A stretch of DNA of 64,000 nucleotides, from NCBI GenBank assembly GCA_964552395.1, contig CAZKGM010000015.1, forward strand, positions 2,853 through 66,852, in the 5' to 3' direction. The notes below the pieces were generated by a model. That model was not told where the DNA came from, searched no databases, and was given only the letters and a program-made list of their open reading frames with translations. This DNA is from an uncultured Thermoanaerobaculia bacterium (GTDB lineage Bacteria > Acidobacteriota > Thermoanaerobaculia > Thermoanaerobaculales > Sulfomarinibacteraceae). Shown piece after piece: positions 1 through 8,009 of the stretch (the stretch's first letter is position 1; the number at the start of each line of letters is the position of its first letter). Both the position numbers and the translations under genes were made by a program.

Positions 1-495
1 ATTCGCCGCCAGCGGCTCGAACTCGACCAGGAGCGGCCGCGGCGAACGCAGCCCCTTTTCGGCCAGCTCGGCAGGCAACCGGCGCCGCCACGCCATCCGA
101 ATGCGGGAGCCAACCTCGACGAAGCGGCGCGGGGCGGCGTTCTCGACGCTGGACCGGAGCTCGCGCTCCGTGCCTTCGGGGGTGCCGGCGGACGCCAACA
201 GGTTGAGGTTGGTGTCGTACAGCGCGATGTAGCGCAGGCCGGCGGTGCGATGTTCGTCCAGGAGCCGCTGGAGATCCGAGACCGTCCACGTGGCGTCCGG
301 CCTTGCCAGGGCGCGGGCGCTGTGCAGAAAGGTCTCGCCCTGGCTGCGGATCACGGTGTCGAGAACGTGCCGCACGTTCGAGTAGCCGCTCACCACCGTC
401 GCCGCCAGCGCCACCGCCATCACCAGCGGCACCGCCACCAGGGCCCGGCGCGCCCGGTGCAGCAAGGTCAGGGACGGGTTGGCCGGTCGACTCAT
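1..495 (-). CDS. N-terminal part of a membrane-anchored sensor-domain protein (possibly a sensor histidine kinase); gene runs off the window start
   Basis: Absent from the ORF track because it is open to position 1. Own translation of the minus strand from ATG (495-493): MSRPANPSLTLLHRARRALVAVPLVMAVALAATVVSGYSNVRHVLDTVIRSQGETFLHSARALARPDATWTVSDLQRLLDEHRTAGLRYIALYDTNLNLL... It has one TM helix followed by a soluble domain, with G/C-rich third codon positions. The function is a guess. Confidence 0.45.
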   Translation of the reverse strand, partial: MSRPANPSLTLLHRARRALVAVPLVMAVALAATVVSGYSNVRHVLDTVIRSQGETFLHSARALARPDATWTVSDLQRLLDEHRTAGLRYIALYDTNLNLLASAGTPEGTERELRSSVENAAPRRFVEVGSRIRMAWRRRLPAELAEKGLRSPRPLLVEFEPLAAN

Positions 496-576
496 CCGTC
501 GGGCTCCGTTCGCCGTGCATGCACGCTTCCTCCCCATTGTCGTCGGAGCCACCATCTCGAACAAGCGCCGTCGGCG

Positions 577-1794
577 TCACTCATAGCGCAGGGCGTCGAT
601 CGGGTTGAGCGCGGACGCCTTGCGCGCGGGGTAGAAGCCGAAGAAGATCCCGACGCCGGCCGAGAAGACCAGCGCGACGGCCACGGTCGGCGGCGCGACA
701 ACGGTGGTCCAGCCGGCGAAGTGACCCAGAAGCCGCGCGCCGGCAAAGCCGAGGGCGGTGCCGATCGCCCCGCCGATCAGGCTGATCACGGTGCTCTCGA
801 CCAGGAACTGGGTCAGGACATCCGAAGCGTGCGCACCCATGGCCAGGCGGATGCCGATCTCCCGCGTGCGCTCGGTGACCGAGACCAGCATGATGTTCAT
901 GATGCCGATGCCGCCGACGAGCAGCGAGATGCTGGCGATCGCCGCTAGCAGCAGGGTCATGACCTGGGTCGTGCTCTGGGCGGCCTCACCCAGATCGGCC
1001 TGGTTGCGCACTGTAAAGTCATCGTCCTCCCAGGAGGGAAGGTGATGGGCCTCGCGCATGATCCCCCGGATCTCCTCCTCGGCGGCTGGAATGTCCTGCG
1101 GCGACGAGGTCGAGGCCAGGATCTGCGGAATGAACTGGTGGCCGGCGAGGCGGCTCTGGACCGTGGTGTAGGGCGCCAGGATGATGTCGTCCTGGTCGTT
1201 GCCGTTGGCTGTCTGGCCCTTCTTGGCGAGGACGCCGATGATCTTGAACGGCACGTTGCGGAGCTGGATCTGATCGCCGACCGGATCCTGGCCGGGAAAC
1301 AGGTTCTCGGCCACGGTGTGGCCGATGACGGCGACCTTGCGCATGGCGCGAACGTCGGCAGCCGAAAAGAACGAGCCCGAGGACACCGGCCAGTTCCTGA
1401 TCACCTGGTAGTCGGTGGCGACGCCGTTGATGGTGGTTCGCCAGTTGCCGACGCCGCCGATGACCTGGCTGTGGGTGAAAATCACCGGCGACACCCCGTT
1501 CAGTAGGGTGCTCTCGCGCCGGATGGTGTCCACGTCGCCCACCGTCAGCCGGTTGAAGCTCCCTGCGCCCTGGCTCGCTCCTCCCTGGTGCGTGGCGCCG
1601 GGCGTGACCACGATCATGTTGGTCCCGAGGTTCTCGATCTGCTCCCTGATGCGCGCCTGCGCTCCCTGGCCAACCGCCACCATGACGATCACGGCGGCGA
1701 CACCGATGATGATGCCGAGCATCGTGAGCAGTGTGCGCATGGTGTTCTTCAGGATGCTCTTCCAGGCGACCTTGACGAGGATCGATGGGCGCAT
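577..1794 (-). CDS. ABC transporter permease, MacB/FtsX family
   Basis: ORF 577..1872 trimmed to ATG 1794 (MRPSILVKVAWKSILKNTMRTLLTMLGIIIGVAAV...), 1 nt after the stop of the upstream ATPase gene. N-terminal TM, large periplasmic loop, and a C-terminal FtsX-type helix bundle ending ...FYPARKASALNPIDALRYE. Confidence 0.9.
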   Translation of the reverse strand: MRPSILVKVAWKSILKNTMRTLLTMLGIIIGVAAVIVMVAVGQGAQARIREQIENLGTNMIVVTPGATHQGGASQGAGSFNRLTVGDVDTIRRESTLLNGVSPVIFTHSQVIGGVGNWRTTINGVATDYQVIRNWPVSSGSFFSAADVRAMRKVAVIGHTVAENLFPGQDPVGDQIQLRNVPFKIIGVLAKKGQTANGNDQDDIILAPYTTVQSRLAGHQFIPQILASTSSPQDIPAAEEEIRGIMREAHHLPSWEDDDFTVRNQADLGEAAQSTTQVMTLLLAAIASISLLVGGIGIMNIMLVSVTERTREIGIRLAMGAHASDVLTQFLVESTVISLIGGAIGTALGFAGARLLGHFAGWTTVVAPPTVAVALVFSAGVGIFFGFYPARKASALNPIDALRYE

Positions 1795-1795
1795 C

Positions 1796-2548
1796 TCAGA
1801 TCTCCTCTTCGAGCCGCCCGAGGCGGCTGAGGTCCTCTGCAGCGTCGCGGCGCTGGGCAACCCCCGAGTCACGGATCACACGGCCGTCGCGAAGCGCCAC
1901 GATCCGCTTCGCGTACTGCGAGATGTCGAGCTCATGGGTCACCAGGACGATCGTGATGCCCTGATCGTTGAGATCCTGGAACAGCGACAGGATCTCCACC
2001 GAGGTATGGGTGTCGAGGTTGCCGGTCGGCTCGTCGGCCAGCAGCAGCGCCGGCTCGGTCACCAGGGCCCGGGCGATCGCAACACGTTGCTGCTGACCTC
2101 CCGACAGCTCGTTGGGCAGGTGGCTGAAGCGGTCGGCGAGCCCGACCCGTTCCAGCGCCCCCATCGCAGCCTGCCGGGGGCTGGTGCCGTTGCCCGAGCG
2201 GTCGTAGAGCAGCGGCAGCTCGACGTTCTCCAGCGCCGTCGTCCGCGCCAGCAGGTTGAAGCCCTGGAACACGAAGCCGATCTTGCTGCTGCGGATGTCG
2301 GCGAGCTGGTTCCTGTCGAGACCGCGCACGGCGACGCCGTCGAGCTCGTAGCTGCCCTCGCTGGCAACGTCGAGGCAACCGATGATGTTCATGAGAGTGG
2401 ACTTGCCGCTGCCGGAGGCGCCCATTACGGCGACGAACTCCGCCCTGCCAACGGTGAGGTCGATTCCGCGTAGGGCATGCACCTCGGTCGCTCCCATGGT
2501 GTAGACCTTGGTCAGGCCTTCGGTGCGGATGACGGGCGTGTCGTTCAT
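1796..2548 (-). CDS. ABC transporter ATP-binding protein (MacB/LolD-type)
   Basis: Walker A GASGSGKST, signature LSGGQQQRVAIARAL, Walker B LLLADEPTGNLD, H-loop VLVTHE. Sits between the adaptor and permease genes. Confidence 0.93.
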   Translation of the reverse strand: MNDTPVIRTEGLTKVYTMGATEVHALRGIDLTVGRAEFVAVMGASGSGKSTLMNIIGCLDVASEGSYELDGVAVRGLDRNQLADIRSSKIGFVFQGFNLLARTTALENVELPLLYDRSGNGTSPRQAAMGALERVGLADRFSHLPNELSGGQQQRVAIARALVTEPALLLADEPTGNLDTHTSVEILSLFQDLNDQGITIVLVTHELDISQYAKRIVALRDGRVIRDSGVAQRRDAAEDLSRLGRLEEEI

Positions 2549-2557
2549 CGGCTTGCC

Positions 2558-3835
2558 TCAGAACCCGAACGCGCGGCGGCGAAAGGGCGACTCCTCCTGC
2601 CGCTGGAACGGGTTGCTGCCGGCCGTCCCACCCGCCTCGGTGATCCCCGCGATGATCTTCATGCCCGACTCCAGCTTTCGACCCGAGACCTCGGTGTACT
2701 GGCCGTCGGTGATGCCGATGCGGGCCGGCGCTGCGGCGAGGCGGCCGTGAGCGTCGAGGTACCACAGCAAGACCCTGTCGCTTCGCTCGCCCTCGGCCCC
2801 CGGATGCTGCCGGCCCGCGCGCGGAAAGCCCTGCCCGGGCGAGGATCCCGCCTGCGCGGCGGGACCGGTCCCACCTTCGCCGGCCCGCGCCTGCTGGCGG
2901 CGTGCGCGCAGCTCCTGGACCATCTGCTCGGTAGGCCGGAAACGAAGCGCCGAGTTCGAGATCTTGAGCACGTCCTTGGCCTGGGCGACCAGAAACTCCA
3001 CCGTCGCCGTCATGCCCGGCAGGAGCTTGCGGTCGGTGTTCTTGACGTTGATGACGACGTTGTAGCTGACCACGTTCTGGTCGACCGTCGACTGCATCCG
3101 GACCTGCTTGACTGTGCCGGTGAACTGCCGCTCGGGGTAGGCCTTGACGGTGAACCGGGCGGCCTGACCCTCATGGATCTGGCCGATGTCACTCTCGTCC
3201 ACCGCGGCGAGGATCTGCATCTCGGACAGATCGTTGGCGATCAGGAACAGCTTGGGCGCCGACAGGCTGGCCGCCACCGTCTGCCCCACGTCCACGTCAC
3301 GTTCGATCACAGTGCCGGAAACCGGCGCCGCAATGGTCGCGTAGTCGAGATTTTGGCGGGCGCGATCTACAGTCGCCTCGGCGGACTTGACCGCCGCAGC
3401 GGCAACGTCGACGGCGTACTGAGCGTTGTTGAGGTCCGAGTCGGAGGCGATTCCCTGCTTGTGCAGCGACTCTTGCCTCGTCAGCTCCCGCTGGGCCTGC
3501 GCCAGCTGCGCCTGCTTGCTCTCCAGCGACGCCTCGGCGTCCTGCACCGTGCTCTCGAGCAGCGTCGTGTCGAGCTGGGCAATGACCTGGCCCTTCTTAA
3601 CGGTGTCGTTGAAGTCTGCCAGGAGCTTGACGATCCTGCCCGAGATCTGGGTACCCACCTCGACCGTCCTCACAGCCTGGAGGGTGCCGGTCGCCGACAC
3701 CACCGCCTCGAGGTCGCCCTTCTCGAGCGAGACGAAACGGTAGGAGCTCTCGGCCGCATTGTCCGAACGAGACCAGTAGGCGTAGGCGGCCCCGGCCACG
3801 ATCAACGCCACGCAAACGGCAACCCACTTCTTCAT
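2558..3835 (-). CDS. efflux periplasmic adaptor (HlyD/MacA family membrane fusion protein)
   Basis: ORF 2558..3919 trimmed to MKKWVAVCVALIVAGAAYAYW (ATG 3835). Signal anchor, lipoyl/barrel-sandwich motifs (GTQISGRIVKLLADFNDTVKKGQVIAQLD), coiled-coil hairpin and beta-barrel. First gene of a three-gene MacAB-like operon. Confidence 0.88.
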   Translation of the reverse strand: MKKWVAVCVALIVAGAAYAYWSRSDNAAESSYRFVSLEKGDLEAVVSATGTLQAVRTVEVGTQISGRIVKLLADFNDTVKKGQVIAQLDTTLLESTVQDAEASLESKQAQLAQAQRELTRQESLHKQGIASDSDLNNAQYAVDVAAAAVKSAEATVDRARQNLDYATIAAPVSGTVIERDVDVGQTVAASLSAPKLFLIANDLSEMQILAAVDESDIGQIHEGQAARFTVKAYPERQFTGTVKQVRMQSTVDQNVVSYNVVINVKNTDRKLLPGMTATVEFLVAQAKDVLKISNSALRFRPTEQMVQELRARRQQARAGEGGTGPAAQAGSSPGQGFPRAGRQHPGAEGERSDRVLLWYLDAHGRLAAAPARIGITDGQYTEVSGRKLESGMKIIAGITEAGGTAGSNPFQRQEESPFRRRAFGF

Positions 3836-3970
3836 CGCGTCCTCCCGGCAGCAGCGGCGAATGATCCTCCGCGCTCCCGACACCATCCAGAGCAAGCCCG
3901 GTGCCAACCAACCTATCATTCTGAAACCAATAGAGATATTAGAGTTGCATATTTGTCGGATTCGGCCGAT

Positions 3971-4009
3971 AGTGCAAATTCCGCAGTGCCGGAAGTGCAG
4001 ATTCCGCAG
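3971..4009 (-). promoter_or_regulatory. 16-nt direct repeat AGTGCA(A/G)ATTCCGCAG x2 in a low-GC island upstream of the MacAB-like operon; candidate operator/promoter element
   Basis: Copies at 3971-3986 and 3994-4009 (one mismatch), start-to-start spacing 23 nt, about 140-175 nt upstream of the adaptor start codon (3835). The adjacent 3900-3970 stretch is conspicuously AT-rich. Confidence 0.3.
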
Positions 4010-4374
4010 CCCCTCTCCATCCGCACGCCGGGCGCTGCCAGGACGAGGAAGGCTCGCAGGCGATCGCGGCGGCCGTCGTCCGTCGAGCGACCGCCGCCGA
4101 CGCGATGCGCGTCGCCCTCCGCCACCTGTTGGCGGCCCTGGGAAGTACCTTCGTGAGCGACGACCGGCATGCCTTCCTGCTGGTCGGCAGCCCGCGGCGC
4201 GGCAAGAGCACTTCCGCCGCTCTCGGCCGCTACCTGGGCGACCACATGGTCGAGCACGGCTGGTGAACCGGCCGAGCCTTCCTGTACGGTCTGATCGGCA
4301 ACCGTTCGTAGAGCGTCAAGGCGCGGCGAGCGGGAACACTGGCCGACCTCTGGGCGCGTCCGTTCTAAAGCAAC

Positions 4375-5484
4375 TCATGAGCAGCCGCGTCCGCCGGTCA
4401 CTTCGTAGAGCCTGAAAAGACGCCGCTCGATGTCGCTGCGGGCGAAGCGCCTTGCCACCATCGCCCTCCCCTCCCTGCCAAGCCGGAGCGCCAGTGACGG
4501 GTCAGCTGCGAGCCGCCCGACGGCAGCGGCCATTGCACGGACATCCCCCGCGGCGACATGGATGCAGCCGGCATCCGACCAGTCACAGGTACCTCCGGCA
4601 TTGGCGACCACGACCGGCGTCCCCTGGGCCAGCGCCTGCACCCCAAGAAGCCCGAACGGCTCCTGCCAAAGGGCAGGGAAGAGCAGAGCCCGGGTGCGGC
4701 GCAGCTCTCCCCGCAGGGCTTCCTGGCCGAGCCAACCGAGGCGTACCGTCCCCTCGAGCTCCGGCTCGACGGGACCTGCGCCCGCCACCCGCAGCGGCAG
4801 CGGCCTGCCGGCGGCCGCCCACGCTTGCCGGCCGTCCAGGACCCCCTTGTGGGGCACCAGGCGGCCGCCGAGGAGGAAGGCGTCGCCCGCAGCGACCCGC
4901 TCGCGGCCCGGCTCGACCCACGGCGGGATGACCTCGGCCCCGGACAGTCCGGCGGCCTCGAGCTCCACCGCCATGTAGCGCGACAGGACCACCACGCACG
5001 CCCCGCGCAGAGCCTCGAGACGCGCGCGGGTCACCGCGAGGGTGCGCTCGCGGTAGCCCACATCGGGAAGGCACTCCGCACACGCCCCGAGAGACATCAC
5101 GTGCTCGCAGCGCCGGCCGCCGGGCAGCGTCTTCCCGAGACCGGGGCAGAATACGCGGTGGTCCTGCACCGTGACCATCGCCCGGCCGGTGGCGACAGCG
5201 GCGGCGAGGGCAACCGGGTTCATCACATTCTGGACGTGCACCACGTCGCACGCGGCGAGCAGCCGCGCGAGCCGGCCGAGCCGCGAGCCGTCGGCCATCG
5301 GGGAGCCCAACCCGCGAACCACGACGCCGGTCACGCCTGCTGGCAGCCGGCAGCCTTCCTCGCGGCGCCCGTAGGCGACGGTTACCGCCGCCCCAGCGGC
5401 CGCCACCGCAGCCGTGACTTGCGCCAGATGCCAGTCCGCGCCGCCGCGGGCGGATAGCCGGTCGGTGAGGTAGAGGACCCTCAT
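4375..5484 (-). CDS. glycosyltransferase family 4 (GT-B fold, Glycos_transf_1)
   Basis: MRVLYLTDRLSARGGADWHLAQV... N-terminal GT4 donor-domain pattern. C-terminal LFPALWQEPFGLLGVQALAQGTPVVVANAGG (E-x7-E region). Confidence 0.8.
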   Translation of the reverse strand: MRVLYLTDRLSARGGADWHLAQVTAAVAAAGAAVTVAYGRREEGCRLPAGVTGVVVRGLGSPMADGSRLGRLARLLAACDVVHVQNVMNPVALAAAVATGRAMVTVQDHRVFCPGLGKTLPGGRRCEHVMSLGACAECLPDVGYRERTLAVTRARLEALRGACVVVLSRYMAVELEAAGLSGAEVIPPWVEPGRERVAAGDAFLLGGRLVPHKGVLDGRQAWAAAGRPLPLRVAGAGPVEPELEGTVRLGWLGQEALRGELRRTRALLFPALWQEPFGLLGVQALAQGTPVVVANAGGTCDWSDAGCIHVAAGDVRAMAAAVGRLAADPSLALRLGREGRAMVARRFARSDIERRLFRLYEVTGGRGCS

Positions 5485-5621
5485 GGCGGCGATCGTAACA
5501 GTTGCGCCCCGTCCGGCTCAGTACGGGCTGGAAACGTCCACCGCCGTTCCGTTGTTCTCTAAGAGGAGGGTACGAGGCCGGCGGCGACGAATGATCCGAC
5601 GAGCTCCTGGAGGTCTCCGTC

Positions 5622-6737
5622 ATGAACCGATACGCACGCACCATGCCGCTCACGTTTGTTCTCGCCGCCACGGTTGCGGTGAGCAGCTGCGGCCTCGCAG
5701 CCGGTGCCCCCGGCGGCCCCCGGGCGCAGAAGGCCGACACCCCGGAAGGAGCCAGCACGATGTCAACGCCCAACAAACCGTCCGACAATGAGCTGAAGGC
5801 GCGCTTGACCCCTCTGCAGTACAAGGTCACGCAAAAGGACGCTACAGAGCCCGCGTTCCACAACGCCTACTGGGACAACCACGAGCCCGGCATCTATGTC
5901 GACGTGGTCTCGGGGGAGCCGCTGTTCAGCTCGCTCGACAAGTTCAAGTCCGGGACCGGATGGCCGAGCTTCACCCGCCCGCTGGTCCCCGGCAACATTG
6001 TCGAGCACCAGGACCGGAGTCTGTTCGCGGTGCGGACGGAGGTCCGCTCACGTGGCGCCGGCTCCCACCTCGGCCACGTCTTCCCTGATGGCCCCAAGCC
6101 CACCGGCCTGCGCTACTGCATGAACTCCGCGGCCCTGCGCTTCGTGCCCGTCGACCGGATGGAGGCAGAGGGGTACGGCGAGTACCTGGCGCCGTTCGTG
6201 GCCGACGGCCTGACGCCGGCGCCAAAGGCGTCGGCGAAGGAGGACGATGACCCACAGGAGGTCGCCATCGTCGCCGGCGGCTGCTTCTGGGGCGTCGAGC
6301 ACCTGATGCGGCAGCTCCACGGCGTCATCAGCACCGAGGTCGGCTACACCGGCGGCACCGTTCCCAACCCGACGTATGAGAGAGTCTGCCGCGGCGATAC
6401 CGGCCACGCCGAGGCGGTCAAGGTGGTATTCGACCCGGCTGAGGTCAGCTACGCACAGGTACTCCGCTACTTCTTCCACCTCCACGATCCGACGACGAAG
6501 AACCGGCAGCACAACGACGTCGGTAGCCAGTACCGGTCGGCAATCTTCGTGCTCAACCGCGAGCAGCGCCGGATCGCGGAGCGGGTACGCTCGGAGATCG
6601 ACGGCTCAGGGCTGTGGAACAAGCCGGTCGTCACGGAGATCGATGACGCGGGGCCGTTCTACAAGGCCGAGGAGTACCACCAGGCCTACCTGGAGAAGCA
6701 CCCGGACGGATACAACTGCCACTTTCTGAGGGAGTAG
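5622..6737 (+). CDS. msrAB: exported (lipoprotein-type signal) bifunctional methionine sulfoxide reductase, MsrB domain then MsrA domain
   Basis: Signal/lipobox [16 protein letters not shown]. MsrB core [28 protein letters not shown]...[21 protein letters not shown]. MsrA core [14 protein letters not shown]...[12 protein letters not shown]...[10 protein letters not shown]. Confidence 0.9.
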   Translation: MNRYARTMPLTFVLAATVAVSSCGLAAGAPGGPRAQKADTPEGASTMSTPNKPSDNELKARLTPLQYKVTQKDATEPAFHNAYWDNHEPGIYVDVVSGEPLFSSLDKFKSGTGWPSFTRPLVPGNIVEHQDRSLFAVRTEVRSRGAGSHLGHVFPDGPKPTGLRYCMNSAALRFVPVDRMEAEGYGEYLAPFVADGLTPAPKASAKEDDDPQEVAIVAGGCFWGVEHLMRQLHGVISTEVGYTGGTVPNPTYERVCRGDTGHAEAVKVVFDPAEVSYAQVLRYFFHLHDPTTKNRQHNDVGSQYRSAIFVLNREQRRIAERVRSEIDGSGLWNKPVVTEIDDAGPFYKAEEYHQAYLEKHPDGYNCHFLRE

Positions 6738-6758
6738 CCCGAGTCATCCGCTCGCGAT

Positions 6759-7667
6759 CTACTGCGACCCGAGAATCCCGCCCGTCGCGAGAAGGCTTCG
6801 CAGCTCCTCTTTCTCGTCCGGTTGCAGCTCGAGCAGTGGTGACCGGACCGGTCCGCCGTAGTAGCCGAGCATGTCGAGGGAGGCCTTCAAACCCGCTATT
6901 CCGAACCTGGCGGTCACGGCTGCGTTGATGGGGATCAACTGCCGCTGCAGCTCGGCGGCCGCCTCCCATTGGCCTTTCCTGAAGAGGTCCTGGACGTCTA
7001 TGGTCTGCTGGGGTGCAATGTTGGCCATGGCCATGATGCCCCCTGCGGCCCCCACGACCAGGGCCGAAAGGAAAGAACCTCCGGACCCGGCGAGCACCTG
7101 AAATCCGCCGCCAGTCAAACGCGCGATGTCACCCAGCTTCTCTATATTGCCGCCGCTGTCCTTGATGCCGAGGATGTTGGGGTGCTCAGCCATGCGCGAG
7201 ACGGTCGGGGCGTCAAGATCGAGATGGGTGAACTTCGGTACGTTGTAGACGAGAACGGGAATGGGTGAGGCATCGGCCACGGAGAAGAAATGGGCTACCA
7301 GCGCTTCCGAAGTCATCTGGCCGCTGTAGTAGTGGGGGGTAATGACCAGGGCTGCATCCGCTCCGGCCTCAGCCGCCCGGCGCGTCAAGGTGATGGTTTC
7401 AAGGGTCGATTCGCAGCCGGTCCCTGCGACCAATGCCTTGTCCTTGGAGATGGTCCTCCGAGCCGTCTCCAGGATGCGGATCTTCTCCTCTGATGATAGA
7501 TAGACGGTTTCTCCATTGGAACCAAGGGCCAGATAGCCCGACAACCGGTACTCGTTCCAGCGCTCGAGGTTCTCCGTCAGCCTGTCATAGGCCACGCCGC
7601 CTTCAGCCGTAAACGGCGTGGGGATGGGCGGCATGACTCCCTCAAGCGAGGGAAGGAGACGATCCAT
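6759..7667 (-). CDS. dihydrodipicolinate synthase/N-acetylneuraminate lyase family class I aldolase
   Basis: PIPTPFTAEG, GYLALGSNGE (GxxGE motif), TPHYY, and the Schiff-base lysine context NILGIKDSGG. Alternative start ATG 7634. Confidence 0.85.
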   Translation of the reverse strand: MDRLLPSLEGVMPPIPTPFTAEGGVAYDRLTENLERWNEYRLSGYLALGSNGETVYLSSEEKIRILETARRTISKDKALVAGTGCESTLETITLTRRAAEAGADAALVITPHYYSGQMTSEALVAHFFSVADASPIPVLVYNVPKFTHLDLDAPTVSRMAEHPNILGIKDSGGNIEKLGDIARLTGGGFQVLAGSGGSFLSALVVGAAGGIMAMANIAPQQTIDVQDLFRKGQWEAAAELQRQLIPINAAVTARFGIAGLKASLDMLGYYGGPVRSPLLELQPDEKEELRSLLATGGILGSQ

Positions 7668-8009
7668 TCCGATTCCTTTCTTGAAAAGGCGCCTGGCACC
7701 TGAATCTCGTGTCCTTGGCCTTGTGCGTCCAAAAGCGCGTGGCTCAGCTCCTTCGGCCCTGCAGCGGCCTGGCTCGTGCCAAGGCCGAGACCCTCACAGT
7801 TCTTGCCTTCCCCTGTTTGCCGGCACGCTCGCTGAGCTGTCAATCTATCTCATCATACGCTCGCGCACGCTGCAGTCGGCTTCCGCCCCACCGCCGATCT
7901 CCGCTTCCACCCTGCGCGGATACCTTCAGTTCCGCACCTGTCGGGTCAAAAACGCCGCCATCACCAACAGCTCGCACGCTTCGCTTCACGCGACGGTGAA
8001 GAGTGTGGG

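Noticed and set aside
2477-4156. Long + strand ORF (559 aa). Similar long ORFs lie opposite known genes: 11510-13192 (+), 13060-14838 (+), 4583-5863 (-), 30521-31837 (-), 35496-36569 (-), 37556-38584 (-), 45904-47106 (-), 55179-57278 (+).
   Set aside because: They lie antisense to, or out of frame with, genes that have clear family signatures. Their translations are Arg/Pro/Gly/Ala-rich low-complexity strings. This is the usual shadow-ORF artefact of very GC-rich DNA.
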